A stretch of DNA of 63,969 nucleotides, filler included, from Hyphochytrium catenoides (taxonomy: Eukaryota; Protista; Hyphochytriomycota), in NCBI GenBank assembly GCA_900088475.1. It is 7 parts of 7 records of this genome, joined end to end, with 100 filler letters (N's around TTAATTAATTAA, not from the genome) between each part and the next. Parts side by side here need not be neighbours in the genome. Positions count along the whole stretch, not along the records: positions 35,640 to 55,766 come from FLMG01004188.1; positions 55,867 to 58,986 come from FLMG01001236.1; positions 59,087 to 62,723 come from FLMG01004467.1; positions 62,824 to 63,969 come from FLMG01003232.1; 3 more parts are not named here. One strand, 5' to 3'. Under the pieces are notes generated by a model. That model saw nothing but the letters and a program-made list of their open reading frames with translations, did not search any database and was not told the DNA's origin. Position 1 is the first letter of the stretch; the number at the start of each line of letters is the position of its first letter. Shown piece by piece: positions 52,242 through 63,442 of the stretch. The position numbers and the translations under genes were made by a program.

Positions 52242-53900
52242 ACTTAATGATAATGCAACGCTTGAACCATCTTTTACATTGACTGACCAAAGAGAGAGCA
52301 AAGACATCGTTTTTTTATCTTTCTGTCTGCAGATTGCTACTTTCTCGTCCTATGCGGCACATCATCATGAGTCCCGGCTAAGCCCTACTATATGACAGCC
52401 GTCTGTTAATATAGCGTGACAGCCAATATGCCTTCAGCGGGACTGATCGAGCTCTGCCACGTGTGAACTATTTCTTCGGCTTCCCCCACCAAGCATACCA
52501 CCATGATCAAGGTAGAGAAAAGTAACTCTAGCAACGATGTTGGAGGAGCGGAGACCTCATATCAATAATCTTTCTCATCATTTACTGTCCTTCAGTTCTG
52601 GTGGTTTGCCATTGATGAGGTGTGGATGACAGAATGCATGCTGTGCCCAAGGAAAGGAATGGCTTCGATCGATGTTGCTGTTGTCCCTACTTCCCCCGTT
52701 CAATGATGACATTAATAGTGGCGACCCCACGGCCCGTCATGGTTAATGTCTTTTCAAAGAAGAGAGTCTTCATATGGAGGAACAAAGTGTTAATCCCCCG
52801 TAAGGTGTCACTGCAAGGTAGTATCAGGCTGAATGCAGCATTATTGTCGGTTCCTGGTTGTTGGTTGATGGACTCGAAATCCTCGATAGAAGAAGAGAAG
52901 AGAGTCTCTTCAGTTTGTTGAGGTTGGTCTTCTTCTATCGCCTGACTGTTCGGTCATAGCCTTGAGTTGGATGCTCCAGCAGGTTCTTCCTCAAGCTGAA
53001 GATTCACGACTTCCCCCGTAACATCGTATGCGAGCAGGTAGGAGGGCAATCAGAGGGACAAGGCGGAGAGGAAAGAAAGAAACGAGAGGCATCCAGTCAA
53101 TCCTCCTCTCTGTACAGAGCGGAGACCAAGTTGTTGACCAAGAGGACCTCCTACAGTCGTCGGGAATCTAGGAATCACTAAGGAGGCCCTCTTCTTACTA
53201 TCCACGAGCTATTCAAGAAGAAGATTGTGGCACCCGCGCGCCTTGCCCAGCACTCCGCAATATCTGGCTTGGAGCGTCCGGATCAGGGGACGTCATTGTC
53301 CTAACTCCTGATGAGTACCATGGTGGCACTTGAGAAATTTAGGGCTGAGCTGGTAGGAATTACTGGGTAGGAAAAGCTCGGAATTAATTGGTCAATGGAC
53401 TCCGTTCAGTAGCGATGTAAAGCAGAGGTCAAAGCCCCGTTTGTTAATACGTCATAACACTCATTGCTGCTAAAGAAGATGAGAGAGCGACAAGGTGATG
53501 ATCAGGAAAAAGAAGAGCTTTGGATGGTGGGAAAGAAGGCGTCAGCGTGCTTGCTAGTGGTGGACTGTACTTCTGTAGAAATACAGATCCGTGAGGTTGT
53601 GCTCAACAGAGTCCAACAACCAGCACCCCGATCTCTGAAGTCAACAAGAGCAAGTGCTGGTCTCCCAGAACATGCAGCCGGAGGAGCGACAGGCACCATT
53701 GGTCTTCCCGCTTCTTCTCTATCATCAAAGAGAAGAACCCTTATTTATTTTAAAAAAAAAAAGAAGTCTCTGCTGACGAAGAAGCAAACTACTGCTGAGT
53801 GGTAACTTGATGATGCTTCTTCTCTAATCATTCGCCTTTTCCTAGCTGACGCCACATTTACGAGTACTTAGTAGTAGGGAGGAACACCAGCAGCAGGACC

Positions 53901-54761
53901 ATGTTTCGCAGAAGTGATGGTATGCGCCTTCTACTCGCGTTGTCTTGGTGGCTTATCCATATGGGTGAACACATCGGCGATGCCACCGGAGACCCGTCCC
54001 TCTATTATTTTTGCCATAATCTTAAGGAGGTTTGGGGCTCGGGAGGAGACCGCCTTCACCTGGCCGTACGTCGAGAACCCACCGCGCTCTTCCTCAAAGA
54101 CCCAGCAAAGTATAGCGATCGTACGCCCGCCTGCTGTGCAGAAGAACTGCTACGCTTGAATGGAGCGGCGGAATTTACCTGCTGTGTGACGAAGGAGAAG
54201 CAATATTTTGTCTCTTCAGCTAACGCTGCAGCCTGTCCGACGTATAGCGAAGTGCCGATCTTCTTTAAATATGGCACTCCGGAGAAGTCCTGGTACATTC
54301 CTCCCTCATGGCAAGGATTCTACAAGCCTCCACCTGGGAGCCATATCCTATCATCTCCTCCTAATAATAGCCCAGTGGGTACATCGCCAGCGCCGCCGTT
54401 GACCGCCATAACGCCAACCACAGCCATAGGCCCAGCTTCCTCCCAGCCATCCCTTGCAGTGACGAGCCGGACGCCGTTGATGACAGCGCCAGAGGTCGAA
54501 AGAACAAGTGCAAGTCCGACCACCTCAAAGTCCCCACCAAAAGAAGAGTCAACAACAGGACCACCTACAACGGTGACTACAACGTCTCCTCTTTTGCCAA
54601 CGACGGAGGGTGTGGCCAATGAACCGACCACGGCCGAACTATTGACAGCAGCAGCGCCATCATCACTGGCGGATGCCGCCTCCTCCTCATCGGCAAAAGC
54701 CTATGTTGCTCCTATGATAGTCGTCATGGTGTTGACTTGTCTTTTTGCCCTCTTCTCATGA
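53901..54761 (+). CDS. Secreted/GPI-type surface protein: Cys-rich head plus S/T/P mucin stalk
   Basis: Single exon. Hydrophobic N-terminus, ~100-aa domain with C, CC, CC, C, a Thr/Ser/Pro-rich stalk, a small-residue stretch (AASSSSA) and a terminal hydrophobic tail. Confidence 0.75.
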   Translation: MFRRSDGMRLLLALSWWLIHMGEHIGDATGDPSLYYFCHNLKEVWGSGGDRLHLAVRREPTALFLKDPAKYSDRTPACCAEELLRLNGAAEFTCCVTKEKQYFVSSANAAACPTYSEVPIFFKYGTPEKSWYIPPSWQGFYKPPPGSHILSSPPNNSPVGTSPAPPLTAITPTTAIGPASSQPSLAVTSRTPLMTAPEVERTSASPTTSKSPPKEESTTGPPTTVTTTSPLLPTTEGVANEPTTAELLTAAAPSSLADAASSSSAKAYVAPMIVVMVLTCLFALFS

Positions 54762-55878
54762 TGCGGTTTGACAGTTATGGACTGCCCTAAAGATGGTGGT
54801 GACGAGTGGCAAGTTGCTTGGAAGCTCTTCCTTCTTGTTTGTGGGTTTGCAAGTAGCAGGATGGGATGAATGAAGATTCTGAACGAGGTGTACCTAGTAG
54901 GTCAGCAATCGCCGCTAGTAAAAGTAATAAGCCACCAACAAGGTCCTTGCTGAACAGGAAGGACAAAGAGTTGGGAAGGTGCCTAGTAAACGAGCCTGGC
55001 AGTTAGACGCACCCTCCATCAGTCTTGAAAATCAGAAGTGGTAGGCAAGAAGTTGTTTAGAGTCTGAAGGATAACCTCCGCGCTCATGGCTCTTGCCTGC
55101 ACCGGCCACCAGCAGAGCACCACGTATCCCTTAATTAGTCTCCTCCTCCGTATTGATAAGTGTGAAGAGTTATGACGATATGTGGTGGTTGGTACCATGA
55201 GCACTTTATCCTTAGCTGGAAACGTGCTGGCACCTGAAAATCTTGTCGCATCTTCCGATGCTGCTGGCAAGAGTATAAGCACTAACTTCTGGGAGGTTTG
55301 CCGAAGAGCTCGCCCCAGTCTATACAGACACTGGTCGGCTGATTTATTCAAGAGTGCCTTATCTATTGTTGGATAATACTCGAAGGCGGGCAGATGGATG
55401 TCTTCCTTGACTTTAAAATGTAGTGCGACTGCTTCGCTGCCCGCTCTTTGCGTACCTGAATGAAGATGCAGGAAGAGATGCAGAGCGCAGCGCCCACATG
55501 ATGGTTTCCTGTCACTTTCGTCCTTCTTGGCTTTCAAGCCTCGCGACACTTACCCACATGTTTGACTACTCTGCAGACCGTGCGTCCTGTTGTTCATGCT
55601 GAGTTACCTCTATTTATTCTTATGTCCTCCTCCTTTCCTAATGTTGCGGCTCCATCTCATGCACAAACCTAGGCACTCCCATAGGAATGTACAAGCTCCA
55701 TAAGCCAACCATACATCTCGATCCGATCAACATCATGCTAGCCGACTCCGATCAACATGCTAGCCANNNNNNNNNNNNNNNNNNNNNNNNNNNNNNNNNN
55801 NNNNNNNNNNTTAATTAATTAANNNNNNNNNNNNNNNNNNNNNNNNNNNNNNNNNNNNNNNNNNNNTGCTCTTACCGA

Positions 55879-55985
55879 TTGGACATGGTACATGGGCTTA
55901 TCCACGAAGACGACTATAACCCAGAAAAGAGATCGAAGTGGGGGCTTTCAGTGACTGATTTCTGTCTCAGCCGAGGTCTTACTTT
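55879..55985 (+). pseudogene. Possible protein kinase (subdomain VI-VII) relic
   Basis: DMVHGLIHED...KWGLSVTDFCLSRG resembles 'HxxxIHRD...WxxKVxDFGLSR', with both catalytic motifs degraded. It lies next to a gap. Confidence 0.3.
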
Positions 55986-57177
55986 GCCAACGTTGACGCT
56001 GCGAACGTCGTATTTAGCGTTCAAGCATCCGAATGACTGCGTCTTCATTCGGTCCAGAGTCCGAGTCCTAGAAATAGCCAGTACAGAGTTGGCTACAAGT
56101 GGTGCTGGAAGTGTGCAGTAAACTAGCTGCTGAGAGAAGATGTGGACTGTAGACGACGCTGCAAGGTAAAAAGGTTCACAAATAGCCATTCCATAGGCAA
56201 CGTAAGGCAAGAGTGTACATTTACTGACAAGCACAGGCAGCGAAAGCAACAAAATTGGCAGCACATAGGCAGTACATAGGCAGCAGTGCCATAGGCAGAT
56301 ATACGCGGGTTCACCGCCAGCTCCTCCTTCAGAAGAAGAGTGAAAACCTCTGCGCTGCTGTTCACGCACCAACAATTCTATTTGCATCTTTCTTAGATGA
56401 ATAGGGCGGTGGAGACCTATAGCAAAGTGAAGGAGGAAGTAGCTACCTACAGCTATCACTCGTGAGCACTATTCGCATTGATGCGGTGCTGGCGATTGTC
56501 GATATCTTCAATAAAGGTTCCCGTAAGAACTGTCAGGCTGCGAGCATGATCTTGTAGAGCGCTGGGAAGCTAGCCCTCCTAGATCTCAATGTAGAGTACA
56601 GCGGTGGTGCCGTCGTGCTTCTTCTTCTGCTGAAGACCTGTGATTACATTTCCTGTGAAGACAACAAGGTAGGTCCTACTCGCTCATCATCAGTACTAGT
56701 AGTCGGTGTGGCAGCGATGTGGGAGTCCTTATAATCTGAGCCCGTTCGTCCTCGGAATTATGAAAATAGATAGCAGTCGTAACAGCGAGAAATATCGTCA
56801 GCTATCATCTACAGCAGCAACAACCCAATCGACCCAAGTAGAGCTCTTGCCTCTATCTGTAGCCAACTGTGACGGAGGACCGATCGGCGACTAGTCATTT
56901 TTAGCAGCTGATGAGCAATGAATTGTATGAACACTCTAGAAGTCACTGTGAACACAAGGAATTCGTCATCCTTCAGGAGGACGACCTTATTTAAGACTGC
57001 CCTTCTTCTTCTTCTCCATCACTCTCTGAAGATTAACGCCTACTCCTCACGATATCTGAAGTGATTGGATGGGTAAGTCTTGAGGAGGACGGAAAAAAGA
57101 GCACCACTTTGTTCCCCCTCCCAATCCTCCTCCTTCGATCGATCACCAACTTTCTTCCTTCTCTGTTCGTCAGGGGT

Positions 57178-57385
57178 CATCATCATGATCATTTGTTGGG
57201 GATCAAGATAAAGACTGACCGATCCTTCGAGGTGCGCCCTGTAGAATCATGTACCGTCAGGTCAGGCTAGCGCTAAGATAATACACGGGGACCGAGGGCC
57301 CAAAGGGGCCATCGCCACATGTTGGGCCTGTTGGGCAGCTTATCATTGTCGTCGTCAGGTATATTATCCTTGGCTATTCGGTAGT
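57178..57385. repeat. Copy 1 of a ~200-bp diverged direct repeat
   Basis: Shares an identical core, AGGCTAGCGCTAAGATAATACACGGGGACCGAGGGCCCAAAG, and flanking similarity with 58653-58857. Confidence 0.9.
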
Positions 57386-58652
57386 CATAGAACCATGCTC
57401 GGTGCTGATATGGACCGTCAATCTTTCCCTTTTGGGGGTAAATTTTATAGCGTCGCATTCTAGCGTTTCCTCATCAACAGAAGATCCGGCGAGGGACTTT
57501 AACAGTACTTCTTAGTTATGCCCCAGGCCCCAGCAGGGCAGATCCTCCTCCTGTAAGAGCACCGCTCGTGAGGCCTCACTGGGCACTAACTAGGAGAGCC
57601 TACTGCTACTACTACGACAAGTACTAGTAGTGCTGCGGCTGCTGCTGCTGCGATGGCCAAGAGCCTGTATTATTCTTCACACCACACAGCAGCAGTAGTC
57701 ACTATAATCTTAGTAGTAGCGGCACCAATTTAATCATCATCTTCTTGCGGCTTTCTTCTTAGCGAAGTCGCAATAACATCGCCACCAAGAGCAGGTGGCA
57801 ACAAGAAGTGCCGCTGGTCGCCGTCTGCTACCTTTCCCTTAACAAGGACCGTAATAACAACCACTTGCTGTTGTCAGTCATCACCAACAACAAAAGCTGT
57901 ACAGTAGCTCTACTGGATGATGATCTCCTGCTGGTGGAAGCAGTAGTAGTAAGTGTCCACCTTCTTTCTTCTATTCATGCTGCTGCTCTTCTGCCTTCTT
58001 CTCGGAGGAGTCGGTAGGAAGATCAGTGCATGGATTAGAAATGAAGAGGACGATGCAGATGGATTTCTTCATCGGTGACAGAGCGGGAGGTAAGGACGTC
58101 ACCTTTTCCTCCTCCTCCAGCAGCATCACCAATCGTCTTCCTTGTCAGCCATCGTTTAGAGTGACTCTCCTGCTCCTCCGCCATATTAGCAAAGAATGCC
58201 CTCCTCTTCTTTTCTCCGTTGTTGCTCTCGTCGTCCTTCGTCTCTTCGAGGTTTATTGGCACCGACCAGTAGTGCGGACGATAATGAACAGCAATGAGAC
58301 TAATGAGTATAGAATTACTGCTGCTGACCAACACAACGAAGCGTTGATAGCAAGGTGTCATAGAACAAGCAGCAGCAGAACGAAGAAGATGATGAAGATA
58401 AGAAGAATAAGAAGAATAAGAGCAAGAATTTGAAATAACCGGAGGAGGAGCGACTATTATAAAGAGATGGAATTGGTGGGTCTCAAGGTCCGAGACAGCA
58501 GGGCCGGACGGGCACGGGACCATGGAGAACCCGGATGCATGATAATGATGATCATGATGGATGATGCAGCAAGAAGAGACAATAGTGCAATAAGAAGAGG
58601 CTCACCACAAACAGTAGAACCTAGCTAGTCTACTTTCAAGCGTCCTCCTCCT

Positions 58653-58857
58653 CATCATCATCATTTGGTCGGGAACAAGATGAAGACCGACCGACCCTTC
58701 GAGGTGCGCCCTGTAGAATTAATGTACCAGCAGGCGAGGCTAGCGCTAAGATAATACACGGGGACCGAGGGCCCAAAGAGACCATCGCCACATTTTGGGC
58801 TGGTTGGGCAGATTAATTTTTTCATCTTCTACTACATTATCTAGGCTGTTCAGTGGT
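58653..58857. repeat. Copy 2 of the ~200-bp diverged direct repeat
   Basis: Same orientation as 57178-57385, about 1.47 kb downstream. Confidence 0.9.
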
Positions 58858-59099
58858 ACCCGGCAAACCCTCAAAGCCCTTTCTAACAGGGGTGGGCAAT
58901 TATTTAATTTTAACTCCAATTTAATTTTAATTTCCATAATTTAAGGTTAATGTGGCCTTTATTACTAGAAAAAATTAAGGAGTGACNNNNNNNNNNNNNN
59001 NNNNNNNNNNNNNNNNNNNNNNNNNNNNNNTTAATTAATTAANNNNNNNNNNNNNNNNNNNNNNNNNNNNNNNNNNNNNNNNNNNNAAGGCTGGATTAC

Positions 59100-60133
59100 C
59101 CATATCTAAAAGGGCGAGCCCTCAGGCTTGCCTGCTGTATTGATAACAGCTATATAAATACAACTACAACAGGGAGGAGTTGGAGTGGATTTGGCTCCTC
59201 AGTATAGTAAGGGGAATAGGGAAAAGCGGAACAACGACTACAGAGGAGTACAGCGTCAAAAAGAACTGAGAGTACGATTAACTACACAGTACCGAAACCT
59301 TGTTGGATTATATGGGATGATTGGACAATGTCATTAGATGAGAGTGCTCGACCTATAAGCCCAACTGGGGTCCCATAAACTAGAGCTATTCTGACTATGC
59401 CAACTATTCCTAATAAACCCGAAGATATTCAGTCATAGAGAAATCCTTGTCTAGAACAGTCAGTCCTGAAGGTATTCCGGGGTACTGACCATAAGCCATA
59501 GATATAAACAGGGACATTTCGTTTGCTTCATATCTCGGCTTCTACTGGGAGTTTAGAGCTGAAATTTGGGTAGTTAAGGTTGCCAGCTTGTAGGCCACAT
59601 AGCTGTGCCCTCAGACTCCAACATCTCCCCGCAGCTCGAACTCCCTAAGGTGAAGGGTCGAAGCTGAACATTCAACAAACCTGCCCCCTTTCGTGAAACA
59701 TATACACCCTTTGGCTTGTTTTGAGAGTGAGCTAATGAACCCACAGGACGAACAATATACTTTCGATGAATTGATTATTTGGTGATTACAAAAACTGACC
59801 AATCACAGGATTAACGACATTTGCATTTGTTTTCAAAGTCCTTTTGGCTTCTTTTCACCCCCTTTCATGTTCCTATTAACTTAAGCACTTACAGTTATTC
59901 GAACCGAGAAAGCTTATCTAAATCGTGATTGGAAACAAATCATGAATTAACGTCACCCTCACAATTGTGCTGGTCCGGGGGTACGATTTACTACCTGTGA
60001 ACAGACAGACAGACAGATACACAGACAGACAGACAGACAGACAGACAGACGCGGACGAACAAATCCGAAATAAATTCTGCACCGCCTGACGCAAAAACCT
60101 AAACAAAAAAGCTTCGCCCTTCGGGCTCGCCAA
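59100..60133 (-). mobile_element. Putative non-autonomous Helentron-associated element (HINE/DINE-1-like)
   Basis: Short inverted pair GGCGAGCCC (59113-59121) / GGGCTCGCC (60123-60131), a small GCCC-TTC-GGGC hairpin at the 5' end and (GTCT)n at 60000-60050. It interrupts Copia RT codons at a TT (GTT|). Confidence 0.5.
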
Positions 60134-60502
60134 CCAGATGTTCCTGTCCTGGTTGAGCGAATCCCAGGGTTTGGCGCATGTATATGGTCTCGTCAAGATC
60201 TCCATGGAGAAAGGCAGTTCGAATATCTATCTAGAAGATGAATCTCAAAGTCATACATCGCAGCTAAAGATAGGATACATCGGACGGACTCATAGCTAAC
60301 CACTGGAGCGAAGACCTCGTTGTAATCGATCCCCTGTTTCTGATTGTAGCCTTGAGGAACGAGTCGTGCCTTATAGCGATCGATGGTGCCATCACTTCCA
60401 TATTTTACGCGGAACACCCATTTACACCCAATGACGTTTGCTCCTGGAGGACGTTCAACGAGTTCCCAAACGTCGTGTCGTTCCATAGATGCCATTTCAC
60501 TG
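60134..60502 (-). mobile_element. Ty1/Copia reverse transcriptase fragment (host element)
   Basis: EMASMERHDVWELVERPPGANVIGCKWVFRVK...RYKARLVPQGYNQKQGIDYNEVFAPV...(frameshift) TAFLHGDLDETIYMRQ. Confidence 0.92.
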
Positions 60503-60819
60503 TGTTATAATGTATGGGATTTGAAGACACTCTTATTTAGGTTATGTGGTCTACTGATATGATCAGAGTAAGTATGAAGAGCTTATGGGACCCTGTTTCC
60601 TAGTTATCACATTGTCTAGTTGCTCTGGAGAGTAACTGTGTCTCGTATAAACTACTAGACCCAGTTACTACTTCTTGATGTCACATGATGATTTACCTGA
60701 TGATAATAACCTAGTTATCATAACTCTGAAACACTTTGTTTTGTTGCCTTCTTCCTCTTGTCAGATAGAGTCTGGAACTGTGAGCCTTTTAGAGCTCTTG
60801 TCAGCTTCTGCTTTCAACA
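60503..60819 (-). mobile_element. Copia 3' LTR (317 bp)
   Basis: Minus strand begins TGTTG and ends TAACA (TG...CA). It is immediately preceded by a polypurine tract (GCGGGGAGG, plus-strand 60820-60828) after the RNase H region. Confidence 0.82.
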
Positions 60820-60829
60820 CCTCCCCGCA

Positions 60830-62190
60830 GGTCCAGACTTCCTGAGTGTCCGTCGGCCTCCGCCTTGCTCTCCCGGAAAGTAGACTTTGTCTTACGACGG
60901 ATGTGGACGGGACAATCCCGAGTTGCGGAAGAAGTTCTGGGAAGTGAGGTGCTGGTAACGCCTTCGTGAGAATGTCGGCAGTCATCTTCTTGGTTGTTGG
61001 ACAGTGTTGCAATTCCAAGACTTTGCGATTCACCTGATCTTTAACTACACAGTGTTTGACATCAATATATTTCGATTTTGGTCTCGGCATCTCGCACACG
61101 GTTCTTGTGCTCTTGTTGTCTTGATGTGCGAGGATGGGTCTACTCAGTGGATACCGAAGCTCCTGTAAGAAATAAGAGATGTGTTCTGCATGTTTGGCTC
61201 CGGTCCACAGTGAGATGTACTCAGCTTCAGTGGTTGACGAAGCCACTATGTCTTGCTTCTTAGCCTTCCAACTGAAAGCACCAGTCCCCAGTGTAAGGAA
61301 GTAGCCTGAAATGGATTTCCTGTCCATAGGATCATTCGCCCAGTCTGCATCTGCAAAGAGTTGTAGTCTTGGACTCTGATTGATGATGTCTGGGGTTGCT
61401 TCTCCTCCTAGACATAAGAAGTAGTGGTCTGCAGTCCCTTTCAGATATCTCAGTATCCGCTTCACAGCGGTCCAGTGAGTCTGTCTATAGTTAGTCATAT
61501 GCTGGCTAACCGATACCGCGAAGGCTATATCCGGCCTGGAGGCTACCATCAGATGCATAAGACTGCCAACAGCATTCCTGTACGGTATCTTGAGTAAATA
61601 TCCTCCTCTTCGGAAGTCAGCGTAGAGAGAGAGTCTGCCTTGGCGTGCTGATTGGGTTACAATCTTCCATCCCATAACGCTTCAGAAGGTCTTGAATAAA
61701 TCTTCGTTGGCGAAAATAAATCTTGCGATTCTTTCGATCCCTAATAACTTCTACTCCTAGGAAGTATTGGAGTTCACCTAAGTCCTTCACATCAAATCTG
61801 TCTTTCAGAAGTCCTTTAACTTGATCCGCACGATTGTTGCTTGGCGCGAAGATCAGCAGGTCGTCTACGGAAGTTGACACGATAGTCGGCTTGCCATCCT
61901 CCCCGTACCTGTTGATGTAGACGCAAGGTTCACACAAGCTGGGTTCGAATCCGTTGTCGTGAAGATAACTGTCTAATACTTGGTTCCATTGGCGACGAGG
62001 ACGACTTTGTTTGAGCCCATAGATGCTGCGCTTTAGCTTACAAAACTGATTTTCCTGTCCTGGTTGAGCGAATCCCGGGGGTTGGCGCATGTATATGGTC
62101 TCGTCAAGATCTCCATGGAGAAAGGCAGTACGAATATGCAGATGATGAATCTCAAAGTCATACATTGCTGCTAAAGAGAGGATGTTGAAC
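60830..62190 (-). mobile_element. Ty1/Copia pol (RT-RNase H), 5'-truncated and frameshifted
   Basis: TAFLHGDLDETIYMRQPPGF, CKLKRSIYGLKQS, SVDDLLI (YVDD degraded), DLGELQYFLGVEV, YRNAVGSLMHL, RPDIAFAV, ADADWAND, SWKAKKQ, SSTTEAEY, MTADILTKAL. Confidence 0.95.
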
Positions 62191-62617
62191 TGTGATCGAC
62201 GTTGAAACCAAAAAGTGTACAGCGGACGACGCAGAGGGGAAGAATGATGAACTTTACAGAGCTGGGTGGCAATGCCTGAAGCTTCTGTATGAGCACAATC
62301 TAGATGCAATGATAACAAAGGGACTTGGTATAGATGTGTGTGGAGATTTCTCTGAATGATCACTCAGTCCTGAGAGCCTGGTTGGATCTTTTGCTCGGCC
62401 CAGCTTCCCTCATCATCTCTCTCTCCTGTGCTGCTCCTGTGTTCTTCTGGAACTTCTTCTCACATCCCTCTTTCCCATAACACAGGTGTCCTCGTAACGT
62501 CTATGTCCCTGAGAGCTAGGTGTGTATAGGGAGTGACTACTGTACCACTGACAACGAACATAGTAGCACTCAACAAAGAACCCCTGGTATATAAGCAAAA
62601 ACGGAGATTAGTCAAGT

Positions 62618-62698
62618 GTACGTTTGGTGTATGGTGCATACTGGTTAGGGTGTCGACGTCAAAGACAGAGGTCCTGGGTTCAAATCCCGGAGCGTACA
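62618..62698 (+). pseudogene. tRNA-like sequence (tRNA pseudogene or SINE head)
   Basis: 7-bp acceptor stem GTACGTT/AGCGTAC, T-arm CTGGG-TTCAAAT-CCCGG (B box) and an A-box-like TGGT...TGGTTAG. The D arm is enlarged and the anticodon arm is non-canonical. Confidence 0.6.
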
Positions 62699-63442
62699 AA
62701 ACTTTTCTCCGGTATATCCATGTNNNNNNNNNNNNNNNNNNNNNNNNNNNNNNNNNNNNNNNNNNNNTTAATTAATTAANNNNNNNNNNNNNNNNNNNNN
62801 NNNNNNNNNNNNNNNNNNNNNNNTGGTTGCTTATCAGGAGGTGGTGGTCATGTTTCGTTCTTTCCAAGCTTTGTCCCGTCCCGGTCATTCCTTGTACACA
62901 AGGTGGGTCACGTCAAGACAAAGGTGGTAGCCAAAACTAAGAAGAAGAAACAGGACAGCAGATTGGCTGAGGAGTAGAGGCAGGAACAGCACCTGCTGCC
63001 CCTGATCGCAATAATAACCTCAGCCGTATGTCCACTCCCTTCGCCTTTATTCCTCACGCCATTGTCGACAGCCTTTCTTTTTGGCAGCTACGAGTAACTC
63101 CTAGATCAGAACGCACCACCCACGGCAGCCCTTCATGAAGAGACACTTTCATCGTGCTAGTGACCTTTCCGTTCTCCGTTCCTTATCTTCATCTGTGAGG
63201 CATCTTTCGGTCTACTACCCATAGGAACTAATACTAATGTGCATGACATGCGCCTTCCCGTCTCTGAGAGCCTCCTCCTACCTGATTTTCTTTGCCTTTC
63301 CCTGCCACTTCCTCTTCTCTTTCCATCATTCTCAAACTTTCACTCCACCTGGCATTTCAGCTCCAGACTTTGGGACGACACTCTTGTCAGCAGCGGTATC
63401 CGCAATTCTTCTTGCCGCTAACAAATAGCCCTTCTTATTACG

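Noticed and set aside
57590-58600. ORFs in the CAG/TAG/CAT/GAA-rich stretch
   Set aside because: Low-complexity trinucleotide DNA with no recognisable domain.
62618-62698. Selenocysteine or opal-suppressor tRNA (TCA)
   Set aside because: No U33, no proper anticodon stem and no long variable arm. The acceptor/T geometry is 7/5 rather than the Sec-type 9/4.
30597-62823. Recurrent palindromic TTAATTAATTAA motif
   Set aside because: It is always centred in N runs, so it is an artificial six-frame-stop spacer and not a biological site.
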